A model generated the notes under the pieces. It saw nothing but the letters and a program-made list of their open reading frames with translations, had not been told where the DNA came from and ran no database searches. Positions 53,071 through 64,000 of a DNA stretch of 64,000 nt are shown one piece after another (position 1 is the first letter of the stretch; the number at the start of each line of letters is the position of its first letter). The position numbers and the translations under genes are program-made. Origin of the DNA: Octopus sinensis. Lineage: Eukaryota. The stretch spans positions 434,001 through 498,000 of the forward strand of contig NW_021832232.1 in NCBI RefSeq assembly GCF_006345805.1, in the 5' to 3' direction.

Positions 53071-56000
53071 ATGGGAGATTTTCGTCCAAATAAGTTAAAC
53101 TCAGGGGGAATTATAAAAGCTGTTATCAATATGCAAATATAACTTTTAGCCCGTAATAAAAGTGGCCAGCAACTATCCTAAAGGACAGACCTTACTGACC
53201 ACCAACATGACCAAAAATATTCTGTCAAATGATAATCGTATCGTTATATCAACTAAGCCAAAAATTCAGTTAGCTAACACAACTACCAAGTTATTTCTAT
53301 ATTTGGCCAAATCATAGGAATAATACACCAAATTTAAATCCTACTATAAAAATTAAATCTGGTGCCCTTGTTCTACCGTTTTCAAAACCTTCTATTTCTA
53401 TCGAAAAATATGATAAGCCAGTCAAAAGACAATATTTCTCAATGCCCCAGTCAAAGCCCATTCAGACTCCCTCGGACGATGATGTGATAGAAGTCGCTGA
53501 TCAATTTTATTCTAATCCCAAAATCAGAATGCGTTCTTTTGCTCCTACAAAAAAATTTACCGAGTCATTTGAAATCGAAGATGACAATCCTGAGTTTGAA
53601 GAAGACGATGATGATGACAATCTGGGATATTCTGAGACATTTGGAGATTATACTCCAGCTAGATGTGCTTGTTCTTTTTTACACATATAGTGAATTATGG
53701 TGTTAAACATCCTGACCCTGTTGTGGAGACTGCCTCCCTTTCTTCTGTCCAACCTCCTCCTATAAAATACAAACTTCATTTTGATGAAGAAATAATTAAA
53801 AAATGTCTACTTTCTTCACTCCAATTGGAAGCTGTTATTTATGCCTGTCAAAGACATGAAAAGTTTATGGAAAGTGGAGAAAGGGCTGGATTTCTAATTG
53901 GTTTGTTTTTTAAGATTATGTTTTTAGGTGATGGAGCTGGCGTAGGCAAAGGGAGGACACTTGCTGCACTCGTGTTAGAAAATTGGATTCTTGGCCGGAA
54001 AAAGGCTCTTTGGTTTGTAACATATTTTGTGTATTTTTAGGCTGAGTGTTTCCAATGATCTAAAAATTGATTGCAGAAGAGATCTTGACGATATTGGAGC
54101 TGATCAGATTCCTGTTTATTCTCTCAACAAAGTTTGTTTTCTTTTTTATTTTAGTTCAAATATGACAAAATATCATCTGATGTGAATGGAAGAGTACGGA
54201 AAGGAGTGATATTTGCCACATACTCCAGTCTTGTCAGCGAAAGCCATTCCTACGTCGATGGAAAGCCTTTAACTCGTCTCAGACAATTGCTCAAGTGGTT
54301 CGGTCCTAATTTCGACGGACTTGTAACAGCATGTCTTCTAATTCTAAGATATTGTTGGATGAATGCCACAAGGCAAAAAACCTTATTTGTAATTCAACTT
54401 CAAAGTCCTCAAAAACTGGAAGAATCGTATTAGAATTACAGAACAAATGTCCGCTTGCAAGAGTTGTTTATTCGAGTGCTACTGGAGCAACTGAGCCTAA
54501 AAATATGGCTTATATGATTAGATTGGGTTTGTGGGGACGTGGAACCCCGTTTTATGATATTGGAGCTTTCCTTGAGTCAATTGACCGAAGGTGGTCTATT
54601 TGTATTTAAACTATCGCAGAGGAGTTGGTGCGATGGAATTACTTGCAATGGATATGAAAATGCGAGGGATTTATATTGCCAGACAGCTCAGCTTCCACGG
54701 AGTTACTTTCCGTACGGAGCAATGTAATTTAAGTGGGGACTTTATCAAACTTTATAACGCCTCTGTTCGATTTGTATGCTTATATTCGATGCATATTTTA
54801 GTGGCTTCGATTGTACGACGATTTTAAGACTGCTGCAAATCTTGTTAATCTGTGTTCTAAAGGGCGTAAACGAATATGGGCTCAATATTGGGCTGCCCAT
54901 CAGCGTTTTTTCAAACACATTTGTATAGGAGCTAAAGTTGAGACTTGTGTGCAGTTGTGTCACCGTGAAATAAAGAACGGGCGGGTTTTAATGTCGAATT
55001 TTTTATTTTCAAGTGCATTGTGATCGGACTACAGTCAACTGGTGAGGCACAAATGACTGAGTCGTTCGATGATAATTCCAAGGAAATTGGAGAATTTGTC
55101 TCAAATGCCAAGTTGTTAAAAATGTATTCAAATCTGTAGAGGAATACTTCTTAATCTGGTCGAACGTCATTTCCCGACTTATGAAATGGCAAAGTCTTTT
55201 GCCAATGGCAATCCAAGCACCGAAACCAGCAGAGCTATTTCTCCCCAAGACAATTCGGACGATGATGTCATCTTTTTTGACAATGCTGATACGTCCAAAC
55301 ATATCACCTCTGGATTTAACCAAAAGAAAAATATTCTAAGTAATAAAAAGAACAAAAAAGATGATTCCGATGACTATGATTCATCGGATGCGTCGTCGGA
55401 TGATTTTGTGACTGTTGGTTCCGTTGGTTTGTAACCATGTTTATTTAACCACACAAGAAAAGCGTAAACGTGGTCGTCCCAGATTAAATGCCCCTTCTAA
55501 TACCGACAATTTCACTTCGATTGATAAATTTATTGCAGATTCTGGATTATGGAGTGATAAAAACTCAAATGGTTGTTTTCTTTGAGCATTCAACTAATAG
55601 TTATGCAATATTCTGACGTTTATCAACTAAAGCAGAGAGCTATTGATACTGTTCATAAGCTTGGACCGCTTTTACCACCAAATACTTTGGATTATCTTAT
55701 TGAAAAGCTTGGCGGGTCGAGTAAAGTTTCCGAGGTTTTACGAATTATATCTGTTATTGAAGATGACGGGGCGTCGAGGCAGGATTGTAACAAATGATGC
55801 AGGGAAGCCTGTATTCCAGCTACGATCAGCAAATGATGTTCCACTGGAAGTTCTAAACCTGACTGAAAGACAAAGATTTATGGACGGAGATAAAGTTATA
55901 TTGAAAAATGACTTTTAGCTCATTGCAATTATCTCTGAAGCAGCAAGTCAGGGAATATCCTTGCAGGCTGACAGACGAGTGTCCAATCAACGTCGTAGAA

Positions 56001-57498
56001 TACATATCACGTTGGAGTTGCCATGGAGTGCTGACCGTGCAGTCCAGCAATTTGGTATTATGTAATAATATTCATAAAAGGTCGTACTCATCGTTCTAAT
56101 CAGGTGAGTGCTCCTGAATATGTGTTTTTACTCTCTGAACTTTCTGGAGAGATTCGTTTTGCGGCCACGGTTGCAAGGAGGCTGCAGTCATTGGGTGCGT
56201 TGATGCATGGGGATAGACGAGCTACTGATGGTCAGGATTTTTCGCAGTTTAACATTGAGACTAAGGTTGATTGGTGTAATTATTTATGTAAAGCATGGGA
56301 GAACTGCTCTTGATTTGTTGATTCGTGTTATTTCTAAGATAATTCCTTCCCCTGTCCCACTCCCTTATAACTATATGGGTTCTTTTATTTCCGGTTTTTT
56401 GTTTTTTTCATTGTTAGATGCAAATGCCGCCTTTATTGGAGTCGGACTCATTTCTGGTGGTTCACAGGGAATGACTCCTGGTAAATTCCGATCTATTTAT
56501 TTGTGCTAGAAACTGTAAGCGTTGGCCGATTTTTGAATCGTTTACTTGGAATTGAAGTCGAATTACAAAATTCTGTTTTTCAGTTTTTTGCGTCTCTCCA
56601 AGAGTTTGCAATGAGACAGGCTAAACGGGCAGGAACACTTGATGAGGGAATCATGGGTGACTCATTTTTAACATATCGACAGATCTTGGATCAGAGGGAG
56701 ATAAAGTTGAAATTGTTCAAGTCAAGTCTTTTCAAAGTTCGGCTACAGACTGGAGTGGTAAAACTGAGCTCCACAAGGTTCTTACATTAATATTTTTATG
56801 ACAGGTCCGTGTGGAGAGAGGGATGCTGTGGGATATTGCATTCGACCTTTGTAGGTGTCATGGTGATATCGACAGTGGGTTTTATGTGTCGAAAGAAGTA
56901 TAATCAAGCTGTTTGTATATTATAAAGGGATCTGTATTACTGGCAGTACAGAGTGCTCCTGGAGGGATAAGGAAAGACGGAAAGGAAATGATGCAAATAT
57001 ACCGTCCTAATGTTGGAATGATAAAACGACTTGAGAGTATTAGTGTTTTGAAACAGTCCTACAATAAAGTTGCATTATATCAATCGACTGATAGATTGAT
57101 TCCATCGAGCATGCTAAACAACTTTGGACAAAGTTATACGAAATGTCTGGTTCTAAATGCACTCATGTGTTGACACGTGGGAGGTGCAAGGATGCTCACT
57201 GTGAAGTCGGACTACGTAAGAGGACATATCGTATCCTTGTTGGATCGCTCCTCAGTGTGTGGGAGACGCTTGAATCTGTTGTGGGGGCCAAGCATTCACG
57301 CCTTCAAGTAGTTAGACTTCGAACAGCAGATCGTGTACGTATAATCGGTTTGTGGAGAGTTTTATAATATATTTAGGCACTGTAATTCCTGAACAGTTTG
57401 TTGAACGTTTGTCCCAAATTTTGAGTCGGGATGCTCGAGTTACTACGGAAATAGAGGAGTCGAAAGAGGAAATTTTAAATATGCCTACTATAGTCTGA
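53071..57498 (+). CDS. SBNO1: Strawberry notch homolog (SF2 helicase-like), more than 20 exons
   Basis: [116 protein letters not shown]. Start uncertain. Confidence 0.95.
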
Positions 57499-57536
57499 TC
57501 ATTTTATTATTAAATCGATTCTTTATTAATTAAAAA

Positions 57537-58115
57537 TCATAACGTATCAGATAGTCGTAGAACAGCAGTGTCGAATGATAGAATTTCAATCTGTTAAGTT
57601 AAATAGGGATAATATACGTATCTGAGTCCACAGATGATAGGATCGACTAGGAATAGTCCTCGAGGTATAAAAATTTTCTGGTTGATGTCAAATACATAGC
57701 GTGAAAGACTACTAATACCCTAAAGAACTGATTATAATTTATTATGAATTAAACGCTGGTGAATTGGCCTTCAAAAAGAAGGAACCAATTAAAAAGAGTA
57801 ATGAAACCCAAAATACTTTCAAGAATGCTCCGCAGTGATATTCTTTGTGAGTTATAAAGAATTTGGTTTATCTTCTTCATGGTTGCTGTGTGTAAATTCT
57901 CATCGATCTACGAATACTTGGAAGTTGATTACTTTTGATGCAAGTTCGGGAGGAAGTTTGGTAACAAACTGTATATAGTTCTTCTTCGAGTATTCCCTTT
58001 CGAGAATTGTAGAACGGTTGATAGGAATTCTAAAGTCATTCTCTGTCACATTCTCTGCTTCTTTAAACATTTTACGATCAAAGCCCGACAATCGAAAACT
58101 AAACATCAATTTCAT
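57537..58115 (-). CDS. GOLGA7: Golgin A7/ERF4 (ZDHHC palmitoyltransferase cofactor), 4 exons
   Basis: ILEREYSKKNYIQFVTKLPPELASK-IDE..KKINQIL..LESILGFIT..INQKIFIPRGLFLVDPIICGLRY-IEI parallels GOLGA7 FIQRDYS..QFQTKFPAEL..LTDPIERGLRVIEI. Start could be 58070. Confidence 0.8.
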
Positions 58116-58579
58116 ATTAATATTTATTTATTTATTTTAATTAGATAATTACTTTTAATATTACGTTTATGTTTTTATAATTATTATTGAGTTAGAAAAA
58201 TGTTGAATTATTGACTTTTAAATTAATAAACTCAATAGTCTCCTTACTTGAGCTCTTCCCTTCTGATATTTAATTTTTGTCATCAAAATTACTATGGAAA
58301 ATTTCCACTTGGCAAGCCAATATCTTTATTCTTGACTTCCCGGCGGCCAATTAATATTGGAATCCAGAGATATTTATCTCTATTTAGTATAGATCATGGT
58401 TATTATTGAAATTCAGAATAAGATGCTCTTTGGAATAGATTTCATTAGGTTTATTGCACTCCTAGCTGTTATGAAACTGTTATCAATAAAATGAAACCAA
58501 TTACTGCAATGATATTGACACCGCCTAATGAAAAAACACCTCAATTTATGCCAAATCAAAGACTACTCAGACTACTTTT

Positions 58580-59210
58580 TTTCCTTCCTTTCTTCTTTGG
58601 CTCTTTAGACCTCAGAGAAGGTGCAGTCCAGCGCCCTTCGGTGACCAAATGTCAAGAAAAGTCTAGATCGGCGAGGATCAAACGAGACACTCTCTCCAGA
58701 GTTCTCTTAAAAACAGTTGACTGTATATAAGCCTGTAGAGACTTATCTACACCCAGCTGTTTTAAATACCGCTTGTGGTATTTTGTGACCGGTCCATCCA
58801 ATGCCATCACACACGAAATGACATGGACTTTGCACTAGTGCATTCGGGAAGTACTTCGTTTAAAGTCGAACCAACTCCAGCTGGTTTCACTAAACTGCGC
58901 TTGTCAGCCGCATACTGAATACATTTCTCACTTCCACTGTCTGCAAACGTGCAACTTCCACCATAACAATCTTCCCGGTGACCTTATCGTATACCACAAT
59001 ATCGGGTTTGTTGTGTTGGACAACAATCGAGGTGCTCACACACCGATTGAACTCGATGGGTTCGCAACTTTCTTGACCGCCACAAGCCATACGTATTGCA
59101 GAGCAGAAGATAAAGGGACCTCATTACCTTTTTATGTTTCCATGTGTAATCCTGGTAAAGCAACGCTAACCATTACAATATGTCGCGAGCTATGCTGGCG
59201 ACCAAGGTGA
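58580..59210 (-). mobile_element. Decayed RLE-type non-LTR fragment
   Basis: HLGRQHSSRHIVM..QHNKPDIVVYDKVTGKIVMVEVA..; homologous to 3430-4070. Confidence 0.7.
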
Positions 59211-59760
59211 CCTACATAGTTGACAGGGTGACCTACATAGTTTGACACTAATTACTGACTCAAGATAATTGCTAAAAATTCAAAAAACTTAACATTTTTA
59301 AACTCTATTCATAGTAACTATTTTGGTTTCATTTCGTAATTCGATCTAAATGTTAGGAAAGACAACTAACCATTAATCTGTTATTAGACATTATATTTTT
59401 TACTTTCCCCTTTCTTCGTATGAGGATTCAAATCTGTGTAGCTTCAATGACGGATTCGTCCCACAATCTTTTAAGATTCGAACCTAAACTGTTATTATTT
59501 AATTATACCTCATTCCCTATTTCAAAATCATATTTTTACCTGTGTAGTCCCATCTTTTTATTCATTCTCATGAATCACAGTGTTAATTCCAGAAATACCC
59601 CTAAACTTTTTGAAGGGAGTCTCATTGATCGCCGAGTGGTGTGTCGTATTATAGGAAAGTTACTTTGTCTAAAAATTGTTTCCAATTTTTAGTTCCTTCT
59701 TCATCCATACCCCGTGTCAATGTTTGGTTAAAGCGCTCAATTAGACCCTGATTTATTTCA
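59210..59760 (-). mobile_element. Ginger-like (rve integrase) DNA transposon remnant
   Basis: QGLIERFNQTL..NWKQFLDKVTF..NTTHHSAINETPF; short terminal repeats ggtgacctacatagttgaca, also seen at about 23870. Confidence 0.55.
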
Positions 59761-60553
59761 ACCTAAGTATATTTAATTAAAAATACTTTTAAAGGCCCAG
59801 CAAATTTACAAATTTTGCAGTATTTTATAAATTGTTCGATAATAGGGCGTTTCACAGTAAAATAAAAAAGGAGTAGTTCTGGTAGATATAGATCCCATTT
59901 TTGTAGGATTAAACATTTGAGTTATTTATTACAGAAATTGGAATTCAAAAAATTAGATAACCAAAATTCATTAATTTTATATTTTTTCATTGTGTAATTA
60001 GATATATCTCTTTAACCATTTATTTTTTCCAATAAATCTTAATGATATCTTATAAGGAATCATCAATGAATTGAGAAGATTTGTTATAGTTTTTATCACA
60101 CTGAGAAAAAATTTTAATCCAAAATATAATTTGTACATTTCAAAAAATTCATGACTAGTTTTGATTTATGTTCATACTAATTATTTCTTCGCTGTTAATC
60201 AGACTTTGAATTCTCAGAGACAAGTGTTCATTATTTATTTCCAACTGAAAGAATAAGACGAATTCTTTGTCAAATAAACTCTAATTGCTTGAATACAAGA
60301 TTTATTACCACATAAAACCAAAAGCAGTTATAAACCTAAAACAGAATTAACACCGCTTTGGGATATCACTGACACGAATATTTCGACCATAAGATTTAAA
60401 TCCTTATTTTAAAATAATGAAACATAAAACACTCAATTCCTATTGATACTCACCGCAGCATTACGTTCCTTAAATACAAGCTAAGAATTACTTGACATAA
60501 AAACAAAATATCCAAAAAAATCTCAAGAACAAAAAATTGTGAAAATTAAGTCC

Positions 60554-61509
60554 TTATATTATTTTCTCCAAGATGTTGGCATAATTAATAAACTGCTGAG
60601 CCAAAGAAACTGACTGTGAGTCAGTAGAATGAGATTCAGCAGGTTTTTTATTGAAATAAACTAACCCATTCTCAACCTCAATCGTCGACTTTTAAATTTT
60701 AAAACAAAAAATAAAACCTTAAATTGAATCAACTCTTCCAGAGAATTTAAAAAAAGCATTTTCACCGCCTCATCAACCGGTAAACAATTTGAACTGAATC
60801 CACTAACAATCTCTTCACTAAAAATACAAAAAAAACAATAAAACCGAATAGAATTGATAAACATATCCATTAAAGGACCGTACACGTCAGAAGGAAGGGC
60901 AGACCGAGCAAACAATATTTTATTATAACTCCCAATAGTCATATAACGTTCCAAAAGCACAACATGACGGATATAAACATTATTTTCAATAGCACCTCGA
61001 GGAAGTAATTCAAGTTCCTTAAAAATAACAAAATATTCAACTCACTGTATGGAAAGCTGATATTTTTGAGGGTCCTGAGGCTAGGAGTAGTAGAAGGTAC
61101 AGTCCATGTGTGTGATAGAACTGTGGGGAGTCCGGAAGGTGACTTTTGACATATTTTTGTAAAGAAAAAACCGATTTTCATTGTAGTGGGTTTTAAGCTG
61201 TGTCATGTAACGAGTGAAGGCGTCGACATCGACTGTCATGGCAGTCCATTGGACGGCAACCTCCAAAATGTCCCCTAAATATATATTTGGGTCAAAAAAA
61301 CTAAAACTGAGTTGCATTTGAGACTCGTTGTAGGAATTTGAGCTATTATCCAACAAATAAGCAGACATTAGTATTTTCTAATATTATTGAGGATAAAAAC
61401 ATACATTTACGTCTCCAACCAGTTCGGATAACTGAGAGGTATTGGTTGGGGTCCCGCATTTCCAGAGTGATAAGAGTTTTGTGTGAAACTCGGAGATTGC
61501 TTGTGCCAT
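60554..61509 (-). CDS. PSMD8: 26S proteasome lid subunit Rpn12
   Basis: DILEVAVQW..DAFTRYMTQLKTHY; NVYIRHVVLLERYMTIGSYNKI; DMFINSIR; INYANILEKII*. Confidence 0.85.
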
Positions 61510-62082
61510 CTACAACAAGAAAACTTATTATATATTATTTTTTTATTAAAATTAATTAATTAACCAAATATGTATAAATAATTAGTTTAAGGAGAAACGA
61601 TTTTTTAAAAGAGACATGGTTATAAAATTTAGTTTTGAATTTTGTATTAAAATTATTATAAATTCTATTATTGTTATTAACATATTCTTCATAGTTTTAT
61701 TAATTATATTTCTTTAATAGTAAAATTTTTATTTCTGGATCTCCTTTCTAACTGAGGGGATCTCGTGCCCCACCCAGCCGGGGTAGGATCATTCTGACTA
61801 GCCTTAAATGTTAGTTTCAGTTATTAACGTTATAGAAAATTAACAAAAAGAGGTCCAAATTTAACTTATTATTTTATTAATTATTATAAACAAAATTTTT
61901 AAAACAATTAATGATAATCTATATCTAATTCAATTGATTTGTCGTGGTTTGCGGATCTGGTCACTTTTAAAAAGAATTAATATTCCCGCGCCTTTCCCTC
62001 AATCAATATTATCATGGGAACATATATATTGATTACCCTCAACCACCAGCCATATTATAAATTAAATAAAAATATTCATAAC

Positions 62083-62837
62083 TTAAAATTCATTAAAACA
62101 ATCAAATATTGTTTCATTATCTTGCATCTTAAATGAATAGTCAACGTTGGCTGTAGGCATTAAAATGTCAGAATTGCTTTTCAAAACTGATTTGTTCATA
62201 TTTTTAGACGCCTCGTCCAATAAAATGACAGAAATAGGCCCTGAATCACAAAATATTCTTAATTTTGCCCCTTTCCGGTCCTAAAGATAGCAAAACAAGG
62301 GCAAACCATTGTTTTGGGAAATGTCAATTGAGCGTCAGGTGGTGCATGGATTACAAAAACCGTTTTTTGGTCAAAACTCTCCTGTAGTTCATTAGTACGG
62401 ACAAATGTGAGTCTTTGTGGCTCATCCATTCCCTGCCATACGTGGGTATTGCACTGCTTTGCTGATCGGAGGTCTCTGTCCATGTCACTGTCGAGTTTCT
62501 GCAGAGATTCGATTTCAAATCTTAGACGTTGAGCTTCGTCAACACAACTATTTTTCTCTGCCCTGAAATTGTTATTTGACAGCTTTACCGCCATTTTATG
62601 CAATTTTTTGACTTTTTTTCTAGTAGGCCAATTCCTTCTAGAACGTTGGTTATGTCGTAGATGCGACGTTTCTGTTTGACCGATAATTTCCAGGCTGCCT
62701 AGGAATTTGGGGTTATTTGGACTTAAAATAACCTCTCGTAAATCAAGTAAGCCATTTTTTGAGGATTTTATAAGGTCTATGAATTTTGATGTCAATAATC
62801 CTAGACTTTTCTCGCGTCTCCTACCAGTAAATTCCAT
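62083..62837 (-). CDS. E2F4: E2F4/5-like transcription factor
   Basis: [46 protein letters not shown]; marked box [15 protein letters not shown]; pocket-protein-binding tail [16 protein letters not shown]. Confidence 0.9.
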
Positions 62838-63769
62838 CACAAAGACTTTAGCCTTATTTTCGCGTCATATATTATATGTTTGCCATTCTAAAATAATTAT
62901 TTAATTATAAAATTAATTTATAATATAGTTATCAAAGATTAATAAAATAATAATTCCAAAATTGCATTTTTTAAAATATTTTCTTATACAATATTGTACT
63001 CTAACTTGAATCTAATTACATGTAAATATATTTTCTTAATGGAAACAAAATTTTTCAAGAACTAAAACAAAAATTAAACTATAAGTATATGCAGGAATTT
63101 TTCATATGAACTATTGTTATAGAAACATGAATTTTTAACTTTTAATTTTATTGTTTCAAACAATAACAACTATTATTTCATTTTCGCCAGAAATTATAAT
63201 TATATTAAAATCAAACCTTTAAATCTCTTTATTTTTGAGACCAACCAAATCCTGCCGAGATTTAGAATTTGCCGAGCAACAGATGTTTTGCATTTCGGAT
63301 TGTTTACCAAAAAATGAAATTTATATACCTAATTTTTTTGTCTGTAATCCAAATAATTTTTGTCTCTAATTTTTTTGTCTGTGATCTATATACGTAATTA
63401 AATTATGATTAACTATTTAAAAATTTAAAATTGTAAAAAAATTAAGAAATTCTTGTCAACGGCTGAGAGTGATACCAGGCTTAGAACGATCGCGCAAAAT
63501 CGATTTAGCCCGAGTGTCGTAACACCGATAGTTAACGGCAAGCGACCAAAAGGGTTAAATACTATCCATATCTACTGTGACCATCTTTTCTGATATTTGA
63601 GACTCCATGTCACAATGGGGAAACTAAATGACTGACAACTCAGAAATCGTGATTACGTGATGGCTGATGTGGGGTTGAATTTTGCTGTGAATAAGCAAGA
63701 AACTTTGATGCTTACGGACAACGACAATGAAGAAAAATGCATGTTGTTAAGTGAAACTATCATTCCGAA

Positions 63770-63960
63770 CATCATTCCAAAAAGAGAGAACACGATATGC
63801 TCTTTCTGCGAACTGAGCAACAAACGCCGGTTTGGCATGAACTGTTCATCTTGCGGTGAATTTTTCCATCTTTCATGTATTAAAATCACCAACAAAGCAG
63901 CAAAGACGCTATACAAATGGGACTGTCGTCGATGCATGAGTTCTTGTACAAACCGAAATT
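63770..63960 (+). mobile_element. Intronless PHD-finger fragment, probably from a retrotransposon ORF
   Basis: ICSFCELSNKRRFGMNCSSCGEFFHLSCIKITNKAAKTLYKWDCRRC (C4HC3 pattern); no ATG-led ORF; a piggyBac-like end (AAAGGG|TTAA) lies at about 63549-63558. Confidence 0.5.
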
Positions 63961-64000
63961 TCAATCCTCCTGAAATAAATATTGCGCCTAACCAGCCTGA

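Noticed and set aside
59950-60520. Possible small minus-strand gene downstream of PSMD8
   Set aside because: Splice-like signals are present but no consistent reading frame was found.
61740-61805. GC-rich hairpin as an HDV-like ribozyme or ncRNA
   Set aside because: P1 pairing is poor and the catalytic junction is not identifiable; more likely a retroelement UTR scrap.

Overview
AT-rich, gene-dense eukaryotic (metazoan) DNA with very short spliceosomal introns (mostly about 22-35 nt, GT...AG). Innexin, an SCO-spondin/mucin-like gene, a DLG-type MAGUK and a BCL11-type zinc finger point to a reduced-genome animal; a dicyemid-like parasite is my inference only. By splicing by hand I reconstruct about 20 host genes: TBC1D24, PSMG3, an Ig-like membrane protein, FAAP24, POP4, a C-type lectin, an orphan, VPS4, PCNA, a zinc-finger factor, a DLG-like SH3-GK protein, HSP90, innexin, cofilin, a 14.5-kb vWD/LDLa/mucin gene, SBNO, GOLGA7, PSMD8 and E2F4/5. 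Between them lie decayed Tc1, hAT, pogo, Merlin, Ginger-like and non-LTR elements. The most notable signals are: (1) a Merlin transposon derivative whose catalytic core is replaced by alternating TTAGGG/TTGGGG telomere-like repeats, amplified as a minisatellite and dispersed; (2) a 442-bp higher-order array of about 37 symmetric 117-nt mucin exons homogenised together with their introns; (3) sharp purine-to-pyrimidine strand-skew flips that affect introns as well as codons; (4) PCNA lacking the K164 ubiquitin/SUMO site. All family calls come from remembered motifs, not database searches, and gene ends are approximate.
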